From Octopus sinensis (Eukaryota): DNA of 64,000 bases. The position numbers and the translations under genes are program-made. Below, in pieces: positions 37,388-49,938 of the stretch (position 1 is its first letter; each line of letters opens with the position of its first letter). The stretch lies in assembly GCF_006345805.1 (NCBI RefSeq), contig NC_042998.1:145204001-145268000 (forward strand). Reading direction: 5' to 3'. The notes under the pieces were generated by a model. It worked only from the letters and a program-made list of their open reading frames with translations. It was not told where the DNA came from and searched no databases.

Positions 37388-37682
37388 GGGATCTTTTCCT
37401 TTTGATATTTAAGAGATATGGCTGTTATTTCTAGCACATGCCTCCTCGTTTGTTTATCAATATCGATAACGCAGCAAATGATTTGAGCTCAAAAGAGAGC
37501 ATACGATTGGTTAAAATTCGAAAAATTAAACTACGTTAAACTTACAAATTACAATTTTCTAAAAAAAAAAACAAGTGAAAATAATGTTTTCTTTTGACAC
37601 ATTCTACCAGTATACGAAGTTTCAAATTGTTTAGTTAACTAGAAATTGTGTTGAATTCCGTCCATCAAAAGGAAAAGATCCC
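37388..37682 (+). mobile_element. MITE, GGGATCTTTTCCTTTTGAT TIRs, copy 2
   Basis: Perfect 19-bp TIRs GGGATCTTTTCCTTTTGAT / ATCAAAAGGAAAAGATCCC. Confidence 0.85.
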
Positions 37683-37799
37683 AGTTTCTTCATCTCTCTG
37701 GCTAGGTCCTAATATTTCTCAAATTTTTTCAATTTCTTTGGTATCTACTCTATTACCAAATAGTGTTGATTTCACATGGTATATTTTGTCCTCTCTGAC

Positions 37800-37955
37800 T
37801 ATTTCTTCTTCTTCTTCTTCTTCTTCTTCTTCTTCTTCTTCTTCTTCTTCTTCTTCTTCTTCTTCTTCTTCTTCTTCTTCTTCTTCTCCTCCTCCTCCTC
37901 CTCCTCCTCCTCCTCCATCACAATCCTCATGATCATGATCATCATCATCATCATC
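37800..37955. repeat. (TTC)n-(TCC)n-(ATC)n compound trinucleotide repeat
   Basis: Directly visible. Confidence 0.97.
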
Positions 37956-39159
37956 TCATTTATCATCAAGTTTTCAAGAGTTTTGTGCTTTTATTGTATC
38001 ACCAGGTGCGCTTCTATGTCCTTGAGGTTTAAGCGAAATGGTTTTTTTCTGTGTGTGTTTTTCGATACACTTTATCAATCTAAAAAACAAACAAACAAAC
38101 AAACTGGAATATTGTCTACGTTTCATACCTCGCAGAAATAATAAAATAAACGAGACACTTGTTTTTAATTCTTCTTCTCTGCTATACATATATTTGGACG
38201 TTTAAAACAAAGATATATTTTGTTTGACCATATTTTAACATGACTGTTTTTTTTTTGTATTGGAGCAGCAGGAAGAGGTGGTTGTGTTACTATCACAGTG
38301 GTGGGAAGTGAAGTGAGCATCGAGATAAGATAAAAGAGAGCAGTGTGACAAGATAAACAAATACGGCCCTCAGACATACAGCTTTGGAAAAGAAATATTT
38401 GAGCACAGCTTAAGAAAATGGGAGAAAAACAGACAAAAATTGGAGGCTATCATCACCATAGAAACAGACGTAAATTGAGAAGAAAAATGTTTGTTATATA
38501 TAATATTTGACTGAAACATTTACAGCGAAAATATCAACAACAACAACAACAGCAACAGTAGTGGTGTGCACCCACCACGCGCACACACATATTCATACCC
38601 CTACCGGGCAAAAATTGAGTTTCTCGATGTTGATATTGAGTTCAATTTATGAAGGTGTTGTGACAGAATTGAGTGACTACAGATTTTGAGTCCTTACTCA
38701 AATAACTTATTCAAGAGCAGGCTAGGAAAAATAAACTTAACGTGTTTCTGTTTCGCAAAGGGACGGTGTCTTTTTCTAAACCCTCAATTGATCAATTAAA
38801 AGATGCAGTGATTGGGTTACGGACCAGCATGTTATTCAGTGTCCAATGCAATAAGGCAATGCTTTTGGTACAATTTTATCATTTTATGACCCTTCCTCTC
38901 TCTCTCATACACATTTCACTCTTTCATTTCTCTCTCTCACATCTCTCTCTCTCTCTCTGTCATCTCTCTCTCCTCCTCTCTCTGTCTGTCTTTTTCTCAA
39001 CCTTGTTTTCCTTTTACTCGTAGAAGGCACCATATCACATTCCTGTTTCCCAAGCTACCCATCCTTTTTGTATGGACCGTTCTCACGGCCAGTTGCTATT
39101 TACCAGTTTCTGATTTGTCTAACTTTTAAAATCATTAAAGTAAATTTTATATCTAGGTG

Positions 39160-39275
39160 CAGGAGTGATTTTGTGATAAGAAGCTTGCTTTCCAACCACA
39201 TAGTTTCTGGTTCAGTCTCACTGCTCGGGTAAGTGTCTTCTCCTATAGCCTCAGGCCGACTAGAACCTTGTGACT
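39160..39275 (+). mobile_element. SINE family A, 5' fragment
   Basis: AAGAAGCTTGCTTTCCAACCACATAGTTTCTGGTTCAGTC. Confidence 0.8.
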
Positions 39276-39284
39276 AGAGCCTCC

Positions 39285-40040
39285 GAAGTTTGGATTAACA
39301 TCCTGTTTATACTCTTTCATACCTTCAACACATATTTGATCCATTATGAAAAGTGGATGCAATGCAAGCTTGAAACTCGAACTTAAAACCTTTTAGAGCA
39401 GTCAATATTTTCAATTTTCTTTGTGAAATTCTTAAATAAACTCAACTTTACTTCAATTGAATATTTTGAAATATCTATAATTTTTAGATATCGAATATAG
39501 TTGACTGTTCTTTGTGTGAAAAATTTAGAGTGGTATCGAAAACGATTAAATGATAGGTATTCAGTTGACGTTGCCTTAGTGACTGATTTTCATTTGACGG
39601 TATTCGAGCTTCCAGCTTCGCCCTGTTTCAACTAACTTTCCCTCTTGGATAATCTGAGATTATTGAACAGCTAATTTTACTAAAAAAGGATTCAAGGTAC
39701 ACAGTACAACATTCCATCATATCCATACTATTTAATAAATTTTACGATTTTGAAGATCTTTTGGATCAGAAAAATGATTCTCAGCATCTGGAGGAAAATC
39801 ATTTGGGGTTTCAAAACCATTTAATTTGGCGAAATATTGCATTTGGTCAGTATTAGTTTTAACAATGATTCTTGTGTGAAGCTAAGTCACAACAGAAACA
39901 TTGATGTCTTTCTGCTCTTCCTACTCACGTGAATTACCTAATAACTTGTATTAGAGAATTATTTAATAGTTTTTTTCGTCCCTTCCTTGCTCCGCTTTCA
40001 AATTTCCTCTTCATAAACATGGGAATGGTCACTTGCAAAA
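39285..40040 (-). mobile_element. hAT transposase relic (TTF-type zinc-finger N-terminus), internally deleted
   Basis: Minus MFMKRKFESGARKG..., NDFPPDAENHFS, LYCVP*IL (TTF-zf-like), then ALKGFKF and CVEGMKEYK. Confidence 0.55.
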
Positions 40041-41095
40041 CAAAATATAAATAAAACGATTGCAATGTGGAAGACACATAGCCGTTCAAGAACACACAAA
40101 AAAAATTATTTGGTGTCAAAATTTTCCTTTCACTAACTGCAACCTGGTCTCTGATACCAAGCAATTGTCATTTTGAAAGCAAATAACAAATAGTTAAGTG
40201 ACGTGGATGTCATTAGCTGTTTTCGAATGACTAACATGTACCTTCAATGCTGTAATTGTTTTAATTTCAATACACGAAAATATAAACAAGTTCCCCTTTC
40301 CGTTTATTTTTGTTGTACAATCGTATATTATAAAACAAGAAAAATTTTTTTACATGGAATAAATATTACAAAGAAAGTTTCTTTTTTAAAATTTGCTTTG
40401 ACATATAAAAGTTTTAGCTTTATGAAAATCGCTTACTCGGTTAATAAAACTATTTTGAAAATTCTAAATGATTATTAACCGATTATATATTTCCGATTAA
40501 TCTCATGCCATGTGTTATGCAACATTGCAGCACAAAACTAAGCAAAGGAATCTAATACACACACACATCTAAACTAATGGAAACGTTAATTCGTTAAGAT
40601 ATTTCTCCAACATATATGTGCCTTAGAAGAGAGATAGGCAAGCGTATTGCGTCGATACCTCAAACGGTTCTGTGAAAAAACAGTGATTGTTTGATTTTCG
40701 CCTTTTAAAGTCAAAATGGCTACCTGGTTGCTGGGTTCAGATTGGTCCAAATAAGACACGTAACAAACTGGAGAAACAAAGCAAATTGTCACCTGTCGCT
40801 ACAAATATCTGGATTATAAGGTGAATACAGCAGTGAGGCCGCTTTAGAAACTGTAACCTATGCGAAATAACCCTTTTTGAACCTCTCCTCTTTTGACAGA
40901 CTTTGCTTTTACCACAGCATGTAGTTCTGTGTAATACAAAAATGACAGAAATACTGAAAATGACACTGGCTGGTGGGTCATTGTCATTGTTGTACTGTAA
41001 TATAGAGGTGGTGGTGGTAGGCGCAGAGGTGACGAATAACGGGAGGTAATCTGGAGGGGGTCAGCATGGATTTAAATGGATTCTATTCTGGAGCT

Positions 41096-41314
41096 AGATT
41101 AACATTATATACCGAATTTAGTGCCAAGAATAAGATTATAGGAATAAATACAACAGAAAAGTCAGTCATAAATTAGTTTCAATAGATTTGAAGTTAAGCG
41201 AACGAAAGTGATTATAGTGGTGGTGTAAGACAGAAAGCTGGATGGTAAGTGGTAGTGAGAGCCGCTTGAGGGCTTTCTGTTCTATGGAGCTTAAGAAAGA
41301 AAGAAAGAAAGAAA

Positions 41315-41368
<54 letters not shown>

Positions 41369-42199
41369 AGAGAGTGGCGAGAGATACAGATAGATAGTTA
41401 ATATTTTCTCTTGCAAAGAAAGAGAGAAATATTAGGAGATTAAAGGTTACATATAAAGCACATCACACACGGAGGTTGAAGCTTTTTGAAAGTAGAACAG
41501 TATTATAAAATATTTACTATAGGGCTATAGAAAAAGAAAAAAAAACTAGTAAAGACTTTTCGCCTCTATACAACAACAAAAAGTTTTTCGTACACCAGAA
41601 AATGTACTTGCTGTCTACATATAAGAACGATAGTTCTTAGTGAGCTATGAACGGCGGATTCGACGTCTCTACATGATGAAACGTATCAACTCAGAAACAC
41701 GTGTCGATGATATCATTCGTAATATAGCTCTGTGTGTTTTCACACATATTGTCTCTAAGGAGATTTTATCTTCCTTTACAGTTACTGCAGCGAAGATCTT
41801 TGCACGTTTGAGTGTACACAAACGTGTTAAATATAGATGTACACAATTTTAATCATATACCTTTTTTTCCCCACTTATCCACACATAACATAGTTGCTGC
41901 TATGTAAGCTACTCGGAAACTAGGTAAATTATGTAGAACCAAAAAAAAAAGAAAGTGATATTTTGTTTTAGAAATTTAATAAGTGAAACCTAATCACTCG
42001 TGCATACGATGAGGAGTGGCTGAAACTGGTTAGATGCAATATAGAGAAATAAATTAATGAAAACATTGGAGAAGTGTGCTGCAGAAGAGTCAGATTAATA
42101 TTATATACCGAATTCAGTGCCAAGAATAAGATTATAGGGATAAATAAAATAGGAAAGCCAGTCATAAATTAGTTTTAATAGATTTGAAGTTAAGCGAAC
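41096..42199 (+). repeat. 108-bp non-microsatellite direct repeat pair (41096-41203 and 42092-42199)
   Basis: AGATTAA(C/T)ATTATATACCGAATT(T/C)AGTGCCAAGAATAAGATTATAGG...GAAGTTAAGCGAAC; about 8 mismatches. Confidence 0.9.
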
Positions 42200-42884
42200 T
42201 AAATAAATTAGATAAGAAAGTATTCCAATCGCTTCTTTTGTAAGTTAATGTAGATGTTAGAATACAGTATACACCTACCCTGCGTATAAGAAGAAGAGAA
42301 GCTGAGACTAATTGAAAATTATTATAAAGTAACCAGTTTATCTAGAAAAACATACATAGATACTTAGGCTTAAGTAAGCAAAGATAAACTGATTATAGTC
42401 ATAAATCAGTATAAAAAATTTGTTTTGTCTATGGATAAGAATACAATAATGTAGAGACAAAGTTAACGACTGCGTTGTCAGATATATTCGTTCGTCCCCC
42501 CACCCATCGTCTATTTGAATCCTTTCCAGTGTTAACACGAAAATATTTTTTATTGTAAGGTTTTATGTTTTTTTTTGTACTTCTATTTTTCCTCAACAAC
42601 TTTCTTTATTGTTTTTGAAATTTGAATAAAACTTGACTCCCTTTTCAGACAAATGACGAAGGAGTGCCAAGTAGAAAAGAAATGAACAAATTTATTTGAC
42701 GATTAATATGTGGAAGGAGAGTGTATAGATAAGGACAAAACAACAGAAAAGGCGAAAGGATAGATTTAGAATAGAGTGGAAAACGTACCAATGATGTATG
42801 GCTGGAGAGAGAGGGAGAGAGAGAGGGAGAGAGAGAGGGGGAGAAAGAGAAAGAGGGAGAGAGAGAGAAAGGCAGCATGAAAAT

Positions 42885-43260
42885 TCAATCCCACTGCATG
42901 GTACCTTGAGCAAGTGTCACCTACTATAGCCCTAGGCCGACCAGTGCCTTGTGAGGGGTGAAAACTGAGTTGAAGCCCGTCGTGAATATATATATATTAT
43001 ATATATATAATATATATATATATTATATACTATATATATATGTGGTGTGTGTGTTCGTCATACATATAGTATGACACCTGTTTGACAACCGATGTTGGTT
43101 TGGTTACTTGTTTACGACCCTGGAATCTAGCGGTTCAGCAAAAGAGATCGATAGAATAAATACCAGACTTAAAAAAATATAAGTACTGAGGTCGATTTGT
43201 TCGAGTAAACACTTCAAAGCGGAGCCTTAGCATGGTCGCAGTCCAATGACTAAAACCTGC
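42885..43260 (+). mobile_element. SINE family A, diverged
   Basis: CCCACTGCATGGTACCTTGAGCAAGTGTC...TTTGACAACCGATG...GCATGGTCGCAGTCCAATGAC. Confidence 0.82.
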
Positions 43261-43528
43261 AGAAGATAATAGATTCGATAAAGCTCTACATTAAAGGCAG
43301 AAACAAACGTTAGCTCTGATTTTTGGCAGCACAAAATGATGAATGCTTAACCAGAAAAATATCAAAATAACAACAGAAGTTACCGTAAAGTTTAGACTTC
43401 GTAATCAACATAAGATACATTATACCATAGTCCATAAAACATTTCTTTGAGATGTGAAGGGCAAGTAACTACTATTTCAAGCAGAATGAGCGACTACATA
43501 GGAGCTGTATCATTGGCTTAAAAGTTAC

Positions 43529-43657
43529 CTTATTGGTTTGAAGATTTTTCTCATTTGGTTCTAGAAGTTTCTGCATCATAGTTACCACCTCTAGTGGTAA
43601 CAATGACGGTAGCATATCATGGTAGTTGTTCAGCAAACGGGAGAAGGCAGACATTGC
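43529..43657 (-). CDS. Candidate internal coding exon (43 codons, phase 0-0), product unknown
   Basis: ctgtag|GCA ATG...AAT AAG|gtaact; AMSAFSRLLNNYHDMLPSLLPLEVVTMMQKLLEPNEKNLQTNK; the acceptor polypyrimidine tract is weak. Confidence 0.3.
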
Positions 43658-45269
43658 CTACAGGGTGCTTAATTTTTTATTTGATATTGCTATGTCTTTG
43701 CACCCCTACGAATTTTGAACCATCTCTGTGGCCCATCCACGTTACGTCACTGTGTGGAAGCAACAGTGAAAGTAAACGAAGTATATTCGATCCGGGTACG
43801 ACAGTTTCGGTTCTTTTTATCTCTGGTGACGGATCGAACGCGGTCATTAAAGTTAATTAGCTTTTGATATTGATGTTATTTTTCTGTGTACGCATTTTCT
43901 TTTGTGTCTGAACAGGACAGAAGACACGGTAGATTTTATTGTAAACGGTGTTATAGTAGTGTTGTAGAGTGACGTACATGTGTAACAAAGACTATGTATA
44001 ACAACGACTGTGTAACAAAGACTGTGTAACAAAGACTATGTGATTCAACTCCCCACGCACACACAACACACACACATACACACTCTTTCTCACTTTCTTT
44101 CCCTCTCTCGGCAATAATTAAAAGATTGTATATTGCGGGTGAAATCAGATTTACGAAGACCTAAAGACAAAATAAGGTGGCTGCTGGCTTATAATATAGA
44201 GGTAGGTGAGTGGTGATAATGATAAGGTGTAGTAGTTGTGGGGTTGTAGGGAACACAACTCAGTCCAAACTAAATTCATTGATATTTTCGGGAAGGCATC
44301 ACGACTACAAAAACACTGTCATCAACCGAAACTATCACCCTACCCACTGCCCACTATTGGCTTCGCCAATCAGAACAAAATAGATTGATTGCAAGTCCTT
44401 AATTGGGTAGGTGAATGTCGATGGTAATGGTATTGTTGCTGTTGTTGGTGGCGTTATTGTTGATGGTGTGAGTGATGTTGGGGTGATGTTGTTCGTGGTA
44501 GTGTTGGCTAGTTGCGTTGTTGGTGTTGGTGGTGGAGTTGGAGGGTAGTGACGTTAGTGTTAGTTTCGTTTGTGATGTTGGTGTTGTTGGTGGTAGTGTT
44601 CTTGATGTGATGGTATTTGTGTTGATGTTGGTGATGGTATTGGTGTGAGTGTTGTAACTAGGACTAAATTCGTTGATATTTAAAAAATAAGAGAAGACAA
44701 AAATTCCAACCCAACCCAACTGAAAAAAAAAAAAAAACGAAGAAAAAATCGAAATCTCTTCAGAAACCTAAAACAACAGCAGCAACAACAACAATGACAA
44801 CAACAACGACAACGAAAACAATAAAAGCAAAACAACCAAAGTTGTAAATTCCTTTGAACATCTGATGAACAAATATAACAAGCTTTGCCGGCAGAAAACA
44901 TTTAGTTCTTCTAATGATTTTACTAATGGTGCTAATTAGAAATGCTTCTAACAGTTCTTTATCACCAATTTTCAACGGCTTCTTTAACTACCATCACAGC
45001 TATTTTATCAAAACAATTAATATTGATACAATCCTAGATGTTTTGCTGTTGAAAATGGACAAGATACAGGGTGCAACAGAAAAAAGTCCTCCTATATTTT
45101 AGACGGCCATTGATGTAGCACTAGTGAAGTTAGGTTGAGAGCAATTGAACTTTCATCTTGCTAATGTTTTAGCCTCATTTTGGTTTAGTTACTATTATGG
45201 TTTGAACTGGTGCACGTTGTGTACTTTATCAAGAATAGAGAATCTGAGTTTTTTGTTCCACCCTATATT

Positions 45270-45483
45270 TGTTTCAAAATTTGGCACAAGGCCAGCAATT
45301 TCAGAGGAGGAGGCAAGTCGATTTCATCGATCCCAGTGCTCAGCAGTTACTTATTTTATCGACCCCGAAAGGATGAGAGACAAAGTCGACCTTGTAATTT
45401 GAACTGCAAATGTAGTAAAGATGGACGTAATATCGCTAAGCATTTCGTCCGGCGTGTTAACGATTCTGCTAGCTCGCTGCCTT
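45270..45483 (-). mobile_element. SINE family B
   Basis: TTTATCGACCCCGAAAGGATGAGAGACAAAGTCGAC...CTGCTAGCTCGCTGCC on plus. Confidence 0.85.
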
Positions 45484-46664
45484 GTTTCAGTCTATATGAA
45501 ACAGATAGCATGAACGGTGGACGGTATACAAACTTCCGTTTTAAATTTGGATTTCGCTTCGATGATGCTTCCTCTGTTTCTACTTCACTCTGAGTGTTGC
45601 TGTATTTGCACTCTTGGTAAGCACCGTAGGGTCATAGGTAAATGAGTCGTTACCGTGATCCTTTCAATACTCGAAACCTTTTCCTTCTATTTTCACAACG
45701 AAGACGAGCTCAATCTGGAACACGACTACGAGGGCGAGCGCGATAACGATGACGAACAGGAATATGACTACGAGTACGAGAGGTTGAGTCGTTAGAGCGT
45801 CGGATGAAATACCCTGCGGTATTTGTTCCGACTCTCTGCAAGCTGTGTTTAAATCATGCTCAATTGATTCATTGAATTCTGAGTTCAATCCCGCAATGGC
45901 CTGCTTGGGTAGCAAACTTAATTCACCGCACAATTTAACATTAGCATTACTTGATACATAGGGTGCTTTTACTGGGATCTACTCTGTTGTAAGCATTCAG
46001 GTCAGGTTTCTGGCTTGACAGTACCTTTATTCTGCCCACGCATTAGCCTTGGAGGCCATGTAAAAGGGTCATTCATTGATTATAGCAACAAAACAACTGC
46101 AAGAACAGCTACAACAGTAGCAACCCCAACAAGCAAAAGTAACAGCATCGACAACCACCGCAACGAAAGTAACAGGAACAACCACAAACCACCACCACAA
46201 CAACAACGACAATAGCAACAATAGTAAAAACAGCAGTAATAATAAACGGCAAAAGCAACAGCAGCAAGCAACAACAACAAGCAGCAGCAACAGCAGCAGC
46301 AGTAGTAGCAGCAACCACAACAACAATCAACAACAGTACTACAACCATCTCTTAAACTACATTTGATATGTATTTGTCCGTGGTTATATGTCAGAGTCTA
46401 TCTTAGTTTGTGTTTCGTTTGTGTCTTTCTTTTTAGTTAACTTGCCAGAACTTTCAAAACGTGGATTAGTCATAATAAGATAAAATTAACTCTTGTAACT
46501 TCCACACTGAAATTTTTCTGGTGAGTAGTTAATAAGAAAATACAAGTTAAAATGGTGACCAAGGAAATGTATTTCCTTCTGACTACATAAAAGTAGTGTG
46601 CATTTGACTGGCTGAGATGGACGCTTGGTCTTTGTTAGTGACAAAAAAAACAAAACAAGAAAAA

Positions 46665-46885
46665 TCCCTAGCACGCCAGACGAAATGCCATTAAGCATAT
46701 ATAGGGATTTGCTTAGTGGCATTTCTTCCGTCTTCACGTTCTGAGTTCAAATTCCGCCGAGGTCGACTTTACCTTTTATCCTTTCGGGATCGATAAAATA
46801 AGTACCAGCTTAGTACTGGGGTCGATGTAATCGACTTGCCCTTCCCCTGAAATTACTGACCTTGAGCCAAAAATTGAAGTCAATA
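46665..46885 (+). mobile_element. SINE family B
   Basis: TTCACGTTCTGAGTTCAAATTCCGCCGAGGTCGACTTT...GGGGTCGATGTAATCGAC. Confidence 0.88.
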
Positions 46886-46889
46886 TTTG

Positions 46890-47464
46890 AAGACCTGAAA
46901 GAAATATTTGTTAAAAGAAACACACTTACGACGCTGTTTGCCAACGTCAACTAATCTGTTTTTAATGTTCTTGTAGCGTCGTACAATAAATATATCAGGG
47001 CAGATTGCCAAAAACAACAAACCGTAGACAGTGTCTCCAAAAGCTTTATTTTCACATGAAACAATATTCCTATTAATAACGTTATTTGTTGCGCAACCAG
47101 TGGAACTTCCAATATGACTGATCGATTTCAGGGTTTCGTGTCATATTTTAAAAAAGATGTTCCAAATACCATTGTGATTCTTAACATAATTTCTTCGCAA
47201 AACACCTCAGTCTAGATCTGGATCAATTGATGAAGATTACAGTGAAAATAATCAATAAAATCAATAGATCAGCAAAATCTTATTGAATATTTCGGCAACT
47301 GTGACAAAAGTAAATGATAAATTGTTTTGTAACTTTGTTGGTATTCGAAATCGCAAACTTTTCGAGAGCACGGTTTTTGTTAAATGAAGGATTTTAATAA
47401 CTTTTTTCAAAACATATTGTCTATCCGCTACTGTTTTAGTTTGAACAATGAGAAAGTGTGTGTA

Positions 47465-47549
<85 letters not shown>

Positions 47550-48200
47550 AAGGGGTAGACAGAGAGCGATTAAAGAAAATCTGTTTTTGTATCTAGCAAT
47601 AACACTATTACAACTTTTAGTCTTTTGACATTTCTTTTCTGGAATTTTCCATATTCTATCCCCGAGGAACCTCGGACCCGATGTACTGAAAACGAAGAAC
47701 TTGGCAAATTACTCCTTCCTAGAGAAGCACGATAGTTTTCCAACGACAACTCTCTGTCATGTGGAATTATTTGACAGTGTACGAAAATTTTTTCAGAATT
47801 CATGGGAAGTTATTTTAAAAAGTCAAAAATTAATACTTTGTTCATTGCAAATTTTATCAGATTTTAATGAGATTAAACTATAGGAAGAGCATGTGAGAGA
47901 AAATGAAACTTTATCGCCGCCATCTCCTATACAAAAATTTACATTATTTCCCATACCCGGCAGTGATGTATATATTTTGGAATTTGAAATTTGCTTCAGA
48001 CAACTTGGAATCACAATTTCTGAACATTATTTACATGGATGTAATTGACTGTGTCTTTGATCCTTTCATTGACGAGTGTCAGGCAACGGATTCCAAGTCA
48101 GTTGAAGACTTTCTTTTGTTATTACGCGATACTGAAACCAATAATAACGTAGAAGCAAAGTATAAGTCATGTGAATAAACAAAAACCATTTATGTATTAT
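46890..48200 (+). mobile_element. hAT (Charlie/Buster, ZBED5/SCAND3-like) transposase relic, split by a (TG)n(GA)n tract
   Basis: IPINNVICCATSGTSNMTDRFQGFVSYFKKDVP (cf. ATDGAPAMTG..GF..Y.K..VP), MKITVKIINKI, LLLPREAR*FS (cf. LLLHTEVRWLS), LFDSVRKFF, FNEIKL, QFLNII..DCVFDPF. Confidence 0.8.
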
Positions 48201-48669
48201 ACTTAATGCAGATACATCGCGGAAGGTAACTTAACCGCGGTATTTGCCCGGGGACAATATCCCTTACGGACGTACTGTGTTTAAAAACACAAAATTGTCA
48301 CAGTATTACGGGAAGAGAAGACATACACCTCATATTAACGAAATCTTCTCCAAATATTTTGGCTCTTGCAATAAAACATTAAAGTGAGAGAAATCACTTT
48401 ATAACAGCAACTTTTACATGATGTAACCCCACGTTTGTGTGTCAAGTGATACTCATTGAAAGGAAGCAGTTCTATTTCTCTCGTGTCTTCGTAAAGGTTT
48501 TGAGAAGTTAAAATTTTAGTCATTAAACTTTAATGAATAATTAATTAGACATTCAGTTAAACTTTAATAAATATCATTTGATTTGTTAATTTTAAAAGAA
48601 TGATTGTGTTTGGTTGGTAGGCGTCCAAAATTTATACAGTGTTTTAAAAAGGGCGGTTTATAAAATTGG

Positions 48670-48682
48670 GTTGCCTAGCAAC
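48670..48682. promoter_or_regulatory. RFX X-box consensus match with adjacent GC box and TATA-like motif
   Basis: GTTGCC-T-AGCAAC; GGGCGG at 48651 and TATAAAA at 48659, in non-repeat sequence. Confidence 0.45.
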
Positions 48683-48961
48683 TACTGCAGAGGATCAATA
48701 ATGATAATAACAATAATCGGCAAAGAGTTCACTTCAATTAGAATATAACATTACCCAAACCACATCCACCTATGTTTAAGATTTTTTAATGAGATAATGA
48801 GTTGTAACAAAATAATATAAGGACCACTCATTTTCAGAAAAGATATGTTAATTTAATCGACCTCATTTTAGTTTAGTTCATATCTCTGGAAAATTTCAAG
48901 AGTTTTTGTACATGTATATAAACAATGAAATATTTTCTTTGATGTCGTCTTCAGGCTGACG

Positions 48962-49038
<77 letters not shown>

Positions 49039-49780
49039 CAGGGTGTCCATAAAGTCTCCTTATAATTTTAAAATTTTATTACAAAGGCTGTTGACAAGAT
49101 ATAATAACCAGATTTGTTTTATTGTAATAATTGTTTATTAAAGTTTTTTTAACTGTTATTTAATAGACCTCAATATAGGCACCATTAGTTGTACGGAGCA
49201 CATCAAGACGGTACTCGATTTCTTGCCATGTTCGCTGTAGGATAGCCTCATCAACGGTGGCAATGGCATTACGAATCCTTTGCTTCAAGTCAGCAATGTT
49301 CTGTATCTTTGTTTGATACACGATATCTTTTACATAACCCCATAAAAAGAAGTCCAAGGGAATGATATCTGGCGAACGCGGTGGCCATGGAATTGGCCCA
49401 TCCCTTCCAATCCATCGGTCTGAAAATGTTTGATTGAGGAACTGATGAATATGCCGTCCCCAATGTAGTGGTGCACCATCTTTCTGGAAATGATGGTTGT
49501 AAATCAATCAGTTGTGGTGCCACATATTCGGTCAGAAGGTAGAGGTAAACATCTGCAGTAACTGTTGCCTCATTGAAGAAAAATGGACCAATTATTCGAT
49601 TGCACATGATTCCACACCACACATTCACTTTTGGACTATCCCGTTGAAGCTCCCTAGTCACATAGGGGTGTTCTGATCCCCAGATTCTCACATTGTGTCT
49701 GTTTAATTTCCCTGAAACAGGAAAAGTCGCCTCGTCACTAAAAGAAACTCGCTTGAGGAATGCTTCATCCTCATTTTATA
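49039..49780 (-). mobile_element. Tc1/mariner DD41D (rosa-type) transposon, 3' half with terminal TIR
   Basis: FSDEATF...RIWGSEHP...KVNVWCG...FQKDGAPLH...WPPRSPDIIPLDFFLWGYVKD; 41 residues between second and third D; one frameshift at about 49505; TA|CAGGGTGTCCATAAAGTC terminus. Confidence 0.93.
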
Positions 49781-49854
49781 GGGGTTCAGTGAATCAGTTC
49801 CCTTCCATCAACAGAGTATCTGAAACACAAAAATTTAATATCAAACTTTATATA

Positions 49855-49938
<84 letters not shown>

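Noticed and set aside
47600-48178. Apparent host exons (DNLESQFLNIIYMDVIDCVFDPF...)
   Set aside because: They align colinearly with Charlie/Buster hAT transposase motifs and continue the relic starting at 46890.
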